From Chrysomallon squamiferum (lineage: Eukaryota; Animalia; Mollusca): DNA of 64,000 nucleotides. The position numbers were made by a program, and so were the translations under genes. The notes below the pieces were generated by a model. That model was given only the letters and a program-made list of their open reading frames with translations. It ran no database searches and had not been told where the DNA came from. The stretch spans positions 2,108,001-2,172,000 of the forward strand of contig CM022678.1 of NCBI GenBank assembly GCA_012295275.1. The letters are read 5' to 3'. Every line of letters starts with the position of its first letter. Position 1 is the stretch's first letter. Positions 1-12,482 of this stretch are shown here, piece by piece.

Positions 1-271
1 CATTTTATTTTATCCATGCTTAAAACATTGTTTGAAATATAAAAAAAACAATCAATTAAACTGTTAATTATCAACTATTTAGTTTTTTTTTTAAATGTGT
101 TCCTAGCTTAATTTATCTGTTTAAAATGCATGTCTAGCTAATTTATGAGTTAAAAATGTATTGCTAGCTTAGTTTGTTCAGATGTTGCTAACTTAATTTA
201 TGTGTTAAAATGTGTTGCTAGCTTAGTTTGTGTGTTTAAGATATACTCCTTGCATGTAAATATTCTTGTAG

Positions 272-3200
272 GATGTAACTATAACAAATGATGGGGCCAC
301 CATTCTTAAGCTGTTGGAAGTGGACCATCCTGCAGCCAAAGTCCTCGTAGAGCTGGCAGAGCTGCAGGACCAGGAGGTGGGAGATGGAACAACCAGTGTG
401 GTGAGTCGGTTGTAGTTTTTTATTTATTATTAAGTTTTTAATATTTTACATGACACAGAAAAACCTTGCCCAGGATGCGCGCTGCCTTGGAGCAAGCAAC
501 TTACACAGATGTAAGTTTTCTCTTTATTTCACTTCTGCTGTGTGTACTTTCTGAAAAGGATTGTGGTCACACCTGTCTAAAAACATGAGAGATTTCATCA
601 GTTTTCGCTGGGGAGCTGTCGTCACAACTTGGGTAGAATGTAGGATGATTGTTCTGCAGTCAGCCATAGTTTCGTGTACGTTGTGATGGAGTGTGTCAAG
701 GGTGGACTGATATGTGATGTAATGTTTTTTAATTGTTTGATGAGGGGGGGAAAAAAAAAAAAAAAAAAACTTCAACTCTGCTCTTTAGTCTGGTTTCCTA
801 ATGCAGCAACACATGCATTAAAAAGAAGAGAGAAAAAATATCAGGAAATACTTAAGGGAAAAAAAAAAAAAACCATTTGTTTTAAGTGGGAGTTGTTTTA
901 ATTTTTCAAGAATTTTGTTTTGCAGCCAAACTTTTGTTTGCTTGTTAAAGTAATTGCCATATTAGATTCAGTAACTCAAGTCCAAAGGTTTTACCCAAAT
1001 TTGTTACTTTTTCTAATCAGTATTAGTTGTATAGTAAAAGAAATAACATTTCTGTTTTATATTAATTTTTTTTTTTTTACATGTTTATGGTGTTTGAGAG
1101 GAGGAAGTAATTTGTAAATTAAAGTTTGTTACTGATAATACAGTTGTTACAAAGTCCTTGTTGGACATTTTTGTAACTTCTGTGCATGACAGAAGTGTTC
1201 AGTTACTAGGGTAAGAGAATTTAATTTTAGGATTTTTAAGTAGATTTATTGTTGATTCTTAATTTTTAACTTGAAAACAATCATGAAAATTTTAATGTAT
1301 TTCTAGAACATCAGAATCGTATCATGATTTGTATCCATAATTAAACTTTTCTTTATATTTGAAATAAATATTAGTATTTTTTTATACCTTCTTGTGGTGT
1401 ATTTGTTTTGTTCCTACCCATTTGACATGTTGCAGGTTTGAATGCTGTAACATGTAGATACAGTAGGATAAATAAAAACTCAGCAGTGACGTGCTTTTTA
1501 TCTGAAACCAGTTTTCTGCTAATATTCTGTTACTGCACAAGTTGTGTTTTATTTGTGAGTAATTGTTAAGATCTAGCTCTCTGAGTTTAGTCGTAGATAA
1601 AGGCTGGTGTTGTGTGACACAGCAGTGATGGTAAAACTTTATTTTTACTTGAAGATAAAATTCTGAAAATTATACAGTTGTAACTTTCATAAACTTTCAC
1701 TAGTTGGTGGTTTTTTTGTATGTGTGTCTTTCTATTTTCTTTTTACTTTCTTTTTCTTGCTTCCTTTATGCTTCTTGTTAAGTGTCTGTTTAATTTTATA
1801 CCTGTTTTTTCCTCCAACCCACCCTGCATCTTTTTAATGTTTTTATTGTTTATGTAAACCTTCTTGTCTTTGACCCTCATTTCCATCACATTTGGCACAT
1901 AGCTAGTTATCTGTTTGTATGAGAGAAAGAAGAAAAAGCAAGAGAGAGAGAGAGAGAGAGACTGAGATTTTTGATTTTGATTGACCGGTACTAATGCAGT
2001 ATGTGTGGATTTTCAGTATAAAATTCCAGAACTTATTTCTCATTCTTAGATACTTATTATTTAATTGTGTTATATAATTTTTTATCAAATCTATATTTAA
2101 AAAATTTATTTGGTTGAATTAAACTTATTTTTATGCTGTAAATATTTAAAACGAAATATTAGTATTTTTTTATACCTTCTTGTGGTGTATTTGTTTTGTT
2201 CCTACCCATTTGACATGTTGCAGGTTTGATGCTGTAACATGTAGATAAAGTAGGATAAATAAAAACTCAGCAGTGACGTGCTTTTTATCTGAAACCAGTT
2301 TTCTGCTAATATTCTGTTACTGCACATGTTGTGCTTTATTTACGAACAGTTTTAATGTAATGATTTTAAAAAGGATACTGTTTATAAATACTGTTTCTGA
2401 AACATATTTTTTTTAATTATATCCCTGCAAATGTTGTTCTGTTTTTGCTGACTTGTTTTTTATATGATCCTCTTATTTTTATTTTTGTTTGTGCACAATT
2501 ATTTGTATGGATAATTTAATTTTAAAAATGTACTTGTACGTTGTGCAGGAAATATTTATTTAAATTCATACGTATGATTTATTTTAACCTAGTAATATTT
2601 CTATTATTTATGAATAATATTTTTTTGCATAAAAACTACTTTAAATTATGTGTGTTTGTAATAAATTTTGTTTGTTTCAGAAGAAAGCAGTAGCATTTTT
2701 AATTTTGTATAATTTTTTATCACGATCAAGTAGTATTGTAAACGTGTTTAGTACACATAGTTTTTCTTTATTTTGGAGAAATAATCTCTCAAATTGTCTT
2801 GTATTATGTATGATGTTTTTGTTTGTTTTGAACAGGTAATATATTTGAACTGTATTGTTTGTTTTGAACAGGTAATATATTTGAACTGTATTGTATTTTT
2901 TACAGGTAATATATTTGAACTGTATTGTATTTTTTACAGGTAATATATTTGAACTGTATTGTATTTTTACAGGTAATATATTTGAACTGTATTGTATTTT
3001 TTACAGGTAATATATTTGAACTGTATTGTATTTTTACAGGTAATAATAGCAGCTGAGTTGCTAAAGAATGCTGATGAACTGGTGAAATGTAAAATCCACC
3101 CAACGTCAATAATCAGTGGCTACCGTCTCGCCTGCAAGTTAGTTTACTCACTGGTTTAATAGATGTTGTTAAAACCAATGTTTATATACACTTTTTATTA

Positions 3201-6200
3201 TTGATTTATCATCATTTTATTATTTTTATTATTATTTATTAATATTAGGATTTATTTATTTATTATTTGGTTGTTGGCCTGTTTATAGAATGGTTAAAAA
3301 CTACAGAACCAGTTTTTTGTTTTTTTGTAAATAATAATAACAACAACATCATTAAGAATAATAAGAATAATAAATAGTAATAATGATAACAAGTTTTAAA
3401 AAAAAAGTTAAAAATAAGAAAAAAAAAAAAAAAAAAAAGAAGTAATAATAACAACAACAATAAATAATAACAGTGATAAATATTCTGTGTTTTAAATGTT
3501 TGTTTTCAGAGAAAATATTAAATATTACCACACACTAGTATGTAGAAATTATTTAAAAGATGTGTTTGTTTTCAGAGAAACTATTAAATATTACCACACA
3601 CTAGTATGTAGAATGTTTTAAAAGACATGTTTGTTTTCAGAGAAATTATTAAATATTACCACACACTAGTATGTAGAATGTTTTAAAAGACATGTTTGTT
3701 TTCAGGGAGGCAGTGAAGTACATTCAGGACAATTTGACGATTAGTTCAGACGAACTGGGACGAGATTCGATAATCAACGCAGCGAAAACAAGCATGTCCA
3801 GCAAACTGATTGGTCCGTATCCTTGTACTTAGTACTCACTGTCACTCTCAGCTGTCACAAACGAATGAGTGAGTGAGTGAGTGAGTGAATAAGTGAATGA
3901 ATGGATGAAAGTGTGATCAGGTTCCAATACAAAAGAAGGATGATATTTGGTGTAAGTTTTATAAGTAGTTTGTGAAACGTTTAGTCCCCCAAAAACCTGT
4001 AAATAAAACAAACAGAAATGTGGTTTTATCATTAAAGTGTTTCTAGTTGTATCTAGGGGTGAGCAGTGACTGTTTTTCTTTACAGAAGTTGTAGAGTCAA
4101 CCCTCAAGCATTTCTCCATAGTTGTTTTTCCACAGACCGTGTACAGTTCCTCCTGTTTATGGGACGGCACCCACAAATATAAACATCTTCAGGGTTGTTT
4201 TTTTTTTTTTGAAGGAAGATAATAATAATAATTATAAAGCTGTAATTATGACTGAAACTGATTTTATGTAAAGATCTAAACGTAAAAAAGAATTAAAAGA
4301 AAAATATGTTTCCTCAACGATGTTCAGTGATTCTGACTTTTACGCTGCTATGTGCGTTGATGCTGCAAATGCGGTGAAGACGCCAGACGGGAAGGGAGGT
4401 TTCCGGTACCCCTATTAAAGCTGTCAATGTACTGAAGGCTCATGGGAAGAGCTCAAGAGAAAGCACACTGATCCACGGTTACGCTCTCAACTGTACCACC
4501 GCGTCACAAGGTAAGAGTGCTCTCCCTTGACGTTATATTCAAACAAATTTCATTTCTGTTGTGATGTGTAAAATTATTTTGCTTTCATTTTTTTTTTTCA
4601 TTTTGTAGCTATTATGATAATGTGCTTTCTTGTTAGCTGCTGTTTATCATATTGCAATACTTTGAACAGTTTTTTATTTCAAACACAGCTATGTGTAAAT
4701 GTAGATACAGATATAGATACAGGTATATGTACAAGTACAGATATAGATACAGATGTACAGATTGTTGATTTCAAACACTGCTATGTGTGTGTAGATACAG
4801 ATGTACAGATTGTTTCAAACACAGCTATGTGTGTGTAGATAGATATAGATACATGTACAAGTACAGATATATAGATACAGATTCACAGATTGTTTTTTTC
4901 AAACACAGCTATGTGTGTAGATACAGATGTACAGATTGTTGATTTCAAACACAGCTATGTGTGTGTAAACGTAGATACAGATGTACAGATTGTTTATTTC
5001 AAATACAGCTATGTGTGTGTAGATACAGATGTACAGATTGTCAGATTGTTTCAAACACAGCTATGTGTGTGTAGATAGATATAGATACATGTACAAGTAC
5101 AGATGTATAGATACAGATGTACAGATTGTTTTTTTCAAACACAGCTATGCCAAAGAGGATCACACCAGCTAAGTTAGCGTGTCTGGATTTCAGTCTTCAG
5201 AAGACAAAGATGAAACTTGGAGTTGAGCTGCTAGTAGATGACCCAACTCAGTTAGACGCTATGAGACAGCGGTGAGTAGTGCTGGACAGGCAGAAAGTGA
5301 ATTTTGACATTTGATGTTAATAGCAGAAGTTTGATGTTAACAGTAAAAGTTAATAGTAACAGTAACTAGTTTGATGTTAACTGTAATAAGTTTGATGTTA
5401 ACAGTAGCAAGGTTAAGAGTAACAGTAACAAGTTTTATGTGAACTGTAACTAGTCAGACATTGATGTTAGGTATCTTGTGCTAACTGCAAGTGAATACAA
5501 ACAAATAAAATTACTTGTAAATGTACTGAACTAGCTGAGTACTTGCATATTAAAACAAAACAACACCCAGAGATGTATTTCAATATGTTTAATATTCATA
5601 CTGACACCACCAATAAAAATTAAATAAAACAGAAAAATAAAACGAAATACCTGAACTCTAATAAGAAATGAACTGTACTGTGAAGTGTTCTGGTTTCAGG
5701 GAGTATGACATAACGAAGGAGAGGATACAGAAGATTGTGGGGGCGGGGGCTAATGTAATAATGACTACTGGGGGGATTGATGACCTCTGTCTCAAGTACT
5801 TCGTGGAGGCTGGGGTGATGGGAGTTCGTAGATGTAAGAAAGCAGATCTGAAGAGAATTGCCAAGGCAACGGGAGGTAAATATTTTTATGTACATGGTTG
5901 ATGCATGTTTATTATTAGCATTAGTACTACTTTAAATGTCAAATCAAATACTTTATATAATTAGAAGTATATATATATATTCTATTTTAATATATTTACA
6001 AGTTGAAATTTTTGATTTTATACAGTTAAAAAAAAAATACTGAGCATTGGTCAATTACATACATTTTAAATGGCTTTGTATTTGAATTATTATTAATTTC
6101 ATTACGTTATTATTATTCATTTCTGTGTTCTTGTTAAGATTATTTTAATGTAGAGGTTTCAGATTTTTTTAAATAAAAAAAAAATCACATTACAAAATCT

Positions 6201-9161
6201 TAGAAGATTCATCTTATACTGTTTAAATTGAATTTTTATTAGATTTTTATTTTTGTTTTAAATTATCTAAATTATTATTATTTTTTTTTTTTTTCAGCAA
6301 TGTTTCTGATGACGCTGGCTAATCTGGATGGTGAGGAATCGTTTGATTCGTCACAGCTGGGCCACGCCGAGGAGGTTGTTGTAGAGAGAATATGTGACGA
6401 CGAACTGATTCTTATCAAAGCGTAAATAACTCTTGTTCATCAGTTTTACAAATGATTTAAATTTTTATATTTTTTATTCAAAAAGGTTAGGTATCTCTAG
6501 ATGTTAAATTGTTCATGAGATTTTTTTAAAATTTTATTCTTATAAATAAAAATTATTTGATTTATATTCTTCAGTAACATAATAAGTTTTAATATTATTA
6601 TGTCTTCACCCTTTATACTTGGAGAAGAGTTATTAAAGAGAGACAACTCATGTTGATACCACTTCAGCAGTTATCATTTCTAGTGAAATGGTTGTTTTTT
6701 TGTTATTATTAAAGGTAGAAAACTCTTAATATAGATGACAAATGGTTTGAGAGTTACCTGTTCAGATAAATGACTATTGTTATTTTTTATTATTATGATT
6801 ATTATTATTATTATTATTATTTATTATTTATTTGTTGTTGGGTTTTTTTAATGTTTATTTTGTTTATTTTATTTTATATATGATTCCATATAACCATAGG
6901 AAATTAAAAAATAAATATTTTTTTTAATTATTACTATTATTATTATTATTTTTTAACGTTCTAAAATTATTTTCTAAGCTACTTCTCTCTTTTGTACATT
7001 ATTTTTAACAGTTTTTAATGGGTTTTTTCTCTTTTTCTATATTGTCAAAACTTTTTATTTATTTATTTTTGTATTTTTACATATTTATTTTTGTTTGTTT
7101 GTTTGTTGTGATTTTATTTTATTTTATTTTATTTTATTTTCAGACCAAAGGCGAGGTCGGCAGCCTCCATCATTCTGCGCGGCGCCAACGACTTCATGTG
7201 TGATGAGATGGAGCGGTCAGTGCACGACGCGCTGTCGGTGGTCAAGCGAGTCCTGGAGTCAAAGTCCCTGGTGGCCGGTGGCGGTGCTGTAGAAGCTGCT
7301 TTGTCCATCTACCTGGAGAACTTCGCAACGTCGCTGGTAAGATTAGTCGAGAATTTTGTTTTTGTCCATTAATGTTTTGTTTCTGGGAAATATGGTGTGA
7401 AAGGATGTAGAAATTATTTTATTTATATTTTTATTTTTATTTTTATTTTTTTTTATTTTTTTATCTTCAAAAATTCTCTTTTCATTCTGGATCACAAGAT
7501 GGGGGGGTCCAAAGAAAGAGAGAGAGAAAAAAGAAATGTCTGCCTCCCTGCATCCTCACATTCTTCATTATGCTTTATTTTTACTAAGACCGATTGAAAA
7601 ACAATCACATCAGAGAAAGCAGAACAAAATTGTTTCTGTTCTTCGTTTTTTATTGCCCAAAATACATCAGCTTTAAAGTTAAGTTGAGTTTTTTGATAAT
7701 TTTTTTTATATAAACCACATAAAATGCACACCCAGAAATGTTGCATATAGCAACATCATTGCCCATCAATATATGCATTATACAGCCAAACCCATGCATA
7801 CATATTACACATGCAGGTGATTAAAGACACACATACACCCACATTCACACACACACAGACACACAAACACCCACATTCACACACACACAGACACACAAAC
7901 ACCCACATTCACACACACACAGACAGACAGACAGATGAGCAGGACATGCTAGAACTTGTCTGATACATGTCTGTGTGTACAGATGTGTTCATTCTACAGA
8001 TTTAGTTATCTGAGTTTTATCATCCTTCCCACAACTTTGCTGGTAGACCAACACATGGTTTTTATTAGTTATACATGTGGGAGACATCAACACAGCTCAA
8101 CAACAACATCAACTACACTGACATCATTGTCTGTGTGTATGTCAGGCTGTTACAGTTACTGTAGATCTGAAATCTTGCAAACCTGAAATAAAAACATAGC
8201 AGTAGTAGTAGTTATTAATAATCTTATTCTTGTATATTTTCAAAAGGTAGCAGTGGTGATGTGGTGGTGTTAGTAGTAGTTGTTGGTAATATTTATGTTT
8301 GTTAATTTTTAAATAGGTTTCTTCTAAATGACCCCTTGTTTGTTTGTGTTTTAAAACTGCTCCATTCTGCCACAACAAAACTAATCTGCCTCCATTTTAG
8401 TAAGATACTGACATGTGTAGACATTATTATTGTTAAAGTATCTTTAATACTGGGGTGTATTTGTAATGAGAATTTAAAATGGCAAAAATTGAAAATGATT
8501 AAAAAATCATATTATTAAATGTTTGTTTTTATCCTCACTTATCTCCTGTGACTTTGCTGATATCTCACTTGTAGGTATTACTGTGGTTACACACATGAGA
8601 ATTACTGAAAAACAGCTTCACCAGTTTTGTGTTGATATTTTTAATACTGTACACATTTTGCAGAAAACTTGTAACATTACGTACAGTGAGGGAATTGTTT
8701 TTATAAGAAACTGATAATTCTTACGGGTTTAAAGAGTCAGATAATTTTACAAGAATTGTTTATTAATTTTATTTATTGAAATGTAATTACTGCTGCCACT
8801 CTTCAGAAAACATTTTGAATTATAAAAAAAAAAAAAAAAATTATATTTGTACATAAATAACAAAAAGTAACAAGTGTCATACTAAAGATGAAAATAGTAG
8901 TGAAATAGCTGTGCACAAATCATAAATTCATGGGTTTCAGTATAAGGCACGTTTATTTTCATTCTCCACGGTTTTTTCCCATTCCAGGCATCGAGGGAGC
9001 AGCTTGCTATCGCTGAGTTTGCCAAGTCTCTGCTAGTCATTCCCAAGCAGCTTGCTGTCAATGCTGCCCAGGACGCCACGGACCTGGTTGCTAAGTTACG
9101 AGCTTACCACAACACCTCCCAGACCAAGCCAGACCAAGCAAAACTGCGATGGTGAGTAAAA

Positions 9162-9238
<77 letters not shown>

Positions 9239-10166
9239 CTTTCTCCCTCCCTCTCTCTCTCCCTCCCTCCCTCTCTCCCTCCCTCCCTCTTCTCTCTCTC
9301 TTTGACTAAATTTTGCAGCAGTAAAAATGCCTTCTTGGTACAGTTGTTAACACAGAATAGAAATAGCTGGATTAGAATCTTTCTCTTGAAAAAAAAAGTT
9401 GTGTGTTTTATTTGTCAGATACTTTATTATCAACAAAGTTTAATTTCAACGAAAAAATAAAACAGAACAAATCATAGAAAAATAGGTTCTTGTTTTTATT
9501 GGTGTTTTTTTTTTTACTTATTTATTTAAAATCTCTATTTCTCCTCTGTCTTTCTTTTTTTTTAAAGTTTTAAATGGTGATTTCTTGGGCTTTTTTTTCT
9601 AATCACAGTGTAGGTTTATATTTATATGAGGATTTTTTTTTTTTTTTTTAATGTATTTAAAATATCTATTTCTCCTCAGTTTAAAAAATGATTTATTTAT
9701 TTTTAATTTTTTTTTTTTATCCATTCACAGGGTAGGTTTAGATTTATATAAAGATTTTTATTTTAATGATTTGTTTTTTTATTTTTTTTTTTTTTTTTTT
9801 CCTTTCACAGGGTAGGTTTAGATTTATACAAAGATTTTTTTTTTTTTTTAATGAATTATTTTTTTTTTTATTTTTTTTTTTCCAATCACAGGGTAGGTTT
9901 AGATTTATACAAAGATTTTTATTTTATTTTAATGAATTTTATATTTTTCCATTCACAGGGTAGGTTTAGATTTGTACGAAGGTGTTGTGCGTGACAACAA
10001 GAAGTGTGGAGTACTGGAGCCGACCATTTCGAAGATCAAATCACTGAAGTTTGCCACAGAGGCAGCCATCACCATCCTGCGAATTGACGACATGATCAAA
10101 CTTTCACCCGAAGAGAAAAACAAATCTTACGGGGAAGCTATGAGAGACGGAGATCTTTGTGAATGA
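272..10166 (+). CDS. TCP1: T-complex protein 1 subunit alpha (CCT1 chaperonin), 5' exons outside window
   Basis: Exons 272-400, 3040-3137, 3706-3816, 4328-4510, 5145-5271, 5700-5875, 6298-6421, 7144-7336, 8988-9151, 9959-10166 have AG/GT boundaries. They translate to [13 protein letters not shown]...[18 protein letters not shown]...[15 protein letters not shown]...[25 protein letters not shown]. One extra C at 4409-4412 breaks the frame in exon 4328-4510. Confidence 0.97.
1411..1542 (+). ncRNA. intronic box H/ACA snoRNA candidate, copy 1
   Basis: 132 nt. Hairpin 1 has TCCTAC/GTAGGA and ACATGTTGCAG/CTGTAACATGT with an internal pocket. H box AAATAA at 1470-1475 lies 14 nt below the upper stem. 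Hairpin 2 has GCAGTGAC/GTTACTGC, with ACA at 1537-1539. Vertebrate TCP1 introns host H/ACA snoRNAs. Confidence 0.72.
2199..2329 (+). ncRNA. intronic box H/ACA snoRNA candidate, copy 2
   Basis: Near-identical duplicate of 1411-1542 (duplicated block ~1365-1553 / 2154-2341), with ACA at 2324-2326. Confidence 0.7.
2818..3044 (+). repeat. ~34-bp tandem array of the TCP1 acceptor junction (7 x CAG|GTAAT)
   Basis: CAGGTAAT at 2833, 2869, 2903, 2937, 2970, 3003 and 3037; the last is the true acceptor. Confidence 0.95.
3497..3705 (+). repeat. ~65-bp tandem array of a TCP1 acceptor (4 x TGTTTGTTTTCAG)
   Basis: Unit TGTTTGTTTTCAG-AGAAA.TATTAAATATTACCACACACTAGTATGTAGAA; the last copy is the acceptor of exon 3706. 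Confidence 0.9.
3817..4327 (+). other. U12-type (minor spliceosome) GT-AG intron
   Basis: 5' site GTATCCTT at 3817; branch-point-like TTCCTCAAC at 4310-4318, close to the AG at 4326-4327; no polypyrimidine tract. Confidence 0.88.
4677..5149 (+). repeat. tandem array of TCP1 acceptor plus first exon bases (~8 x TTTCAAACACAG|CTATG)
   Basis: Copies are separated by GTAGATACAGATGTACAGATTG-type spacers; the last copy continues as exon 5145 (AMPKR). Confidence 0.92.
9604..9980 (+). repeat. array of the TCP1 last-exon acceptor plus ~20 exon nt (5 x CACAG|GGTAGGTTTAGATTT)
   Basis: Copies near 9604 (diverged), 9726, 9806, 9887 and 9954 (real). Confidence 0.9.
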
Positions 10167-10255
10167 AGACAGAAAACTCAATTTTCAAATATTTAAATAT
10201 ATAGGAACAACCTTTTTAAAAATAAGATATAAATAATAATTAAAAAAAATTAAAT

Positions 10256-10305
<50 letters not shown>

Positions 10306-12260
10306 TATTCACATAATTAAAGGGCCTTCATTTTATTGTTATTTTTGTGGATTTTTTCTTTCTTCTTGGGTTCAAAAATGTCCTGCTTTTGAACACAGCA
10401 TTAATGTGAAATAAATCCTGTTTTTGTGGAATCATGTCCTTATTAAACAGGTGACTGCTAAAAACAGGTTTTTTTTTCTAGTTGTTCACTTCATTTCACA
10501 TCATTGGTGTCTGCTTCATGAAGAAATGTTTATTAGAAAAACCAGGAAAGTATTTTTTTTATTATTTTTTATTTTTTACTTTTTTTTTTTAAGCTTGCAG
10601 GATGGATAAATAAAGTTTCTGAAAAATATAAATTGTAAAATGCTAAAGAATTTTTTTTTTCAAATTCCTTGCAGTTGAAGTGAGTAAATGAATTTGTTCC
10701 TGGTTATTTCAATTTCTTTTCTTTTTTTTAATAAAATTATAATGAAAGGAATCAATTTTAATCGAAAAAAAAAAAAAAAAAAAAAATCTGAGTTACTCCT
10801 GTTTAGTTTGGATTTGGAACATTTTTAAAAATTACCATTAAGAATAATTAATTATATTTTGGGGAGAAAACAAAAAGAAAAGAAAAAAATGTGTTTGTTT
10901 TTTAATGTTTGTGCTCCTGCTAATGTGGCTAATTTGAAACTGTGCATAGTTCAACTGCCGGCTGAAAAAGTTACAGGTTTCTCATCTTGTTGGTGTGTTT
11001 GAGTTTGTGAACTTCACTTTGTGTTACATTAAATTTTCATCTTTGTACACTCTGTGTTTATTCTTTATTATTATTTTTTTATTATTATCATTACTTTATT
11101 ACTTTTGTTACTATTGTTTTAATTTTTTTTTTAAACTGAAAGTTAATTAAGAAATTGTTAGAAGAAGAAAAAACACATAGTAAAACATGATTAAAACAAA
11201 AACAGATTTCAAAAGCCTTTATTGATAAGTATACATCAAAAATATATAATTTTATATCTGTTAAAAAAAAAAAAAAAAAAAAAACACAATTAAAAAAAAA
11301 AAAAACCCCAAAACAGTAGTATATATTCTTAAATTATACAAAAATGAAAAAAACACAAACAATTGTTCTCATTTTACAAATGGAATCCATTTGTTCTTAT
11401 ACAGCTGTAAAACAAGACATTTATCAAATCTTCCGGTTGCCCAGTGTTCAAATCTTACTCAAAACTTCACATTAAACTTGTGTAAAAACTTCATTAAAGC
11501 TATTACAGCAACACTCGGCATACATAATTCATTGTAGGTGTAATTTCAGTTTTGTTCAGTACACCTCTATCCTTCATTATAAACAAACCAAAAGCCATAC
11601 ACACACGCATACATTAAATTTCATTGCATATTATCCCTATGTTGTCCTGTATAATACATACTTTATTACAGATACATGTTCAATTTTGTCCAATACATTT
11701 AACATAAAACTGAATACGACTAACATGCATCGCAGGATACAACAAGCTGATGTGCATTGCTTATACGTGATTTGAGAGATTACAACCATGTCTTCAGGAG
11801 ATTTCAAATGGATCATAATTCTGAATAAATAATTTGAGCATAAATTATCATTTTTATTTATTTATTTATTTCATATTATTATTATTAATTTTTTAATTTA
11901 TTTTTGATTTTGTGGTACATGTAAACAGTAAAACATTTCTGTGTCATTTCAAATCACTACTTTTGTTCTTAGCCTTAAACTTTACTAATAACAAAGTAAG
12001 ATTGTAACAAAATTATGAAGATGACTTTTTTTTTCATGACATCATCTTTTGTAAAAGAATGTGTAAATATTCTCTTAGTAATAATAATAACACAAAATAT
12101 AATGTAAAACAAAATCCCATTATCTTCAGTGAATGAGCATATAAATATAAATTATATATATATATAGATATATAGATAGATAGATAGATACATAAATGTA
12201 AAAAATACTGTTTGTCAAAATAAATTTAGATATAATAAAACTCAATATATTTTATCATTG

Positions 12261-12482
12261 CTTATCACTTAGTAACAGCCTGTCTATGTCCTATCATCAC
12301 TTAGTAACATCCTGTCTGTTACTATCATCACTTAGTAACAGCCTGTCTATGTCACTATCATCACTTAGTAACAGCCTATGTCACTATCATCACTTAGTAA
12401 CATCCTGTCTATGTCACTATCATCACTTAGTAACATCCTGTCTATGTCACTATCATCACTTAGTAACAGCCTATGTCACTAT
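12261..12482. repeat. ~33-bp minisatellite (~7 copies)
   Basis: Unit CTATCATCACTTAGTAACA[GT]CCTGTCTATGTCA. Confidence 0.9.

Noticed and set aside
90-240. Degenerate ~30-bp repeat upstream of TCP1 exon 272 as an old acceptor array
   Set aside because: Similarity to the junction is too weak to separate from chance.
4020-4190. Possible snoRNA inside the U12 intron
   Set aside because: Only short stems and an ACA; no convincing H box or two-hairpin fold by eye.
10263-10302. A40 run after the TCP1 stop as a retrocopy poly(A) tail
   Set aside because: The gene has introns, and long A runs are common throughout the window.
12261-12482. 33-bp minisatellite as another splice-junction array
   Set aside because: It lies between the convergent 3' ends of TCP1 and ZnT with no adjacent exon or clear splice motif; it is a counter-example.
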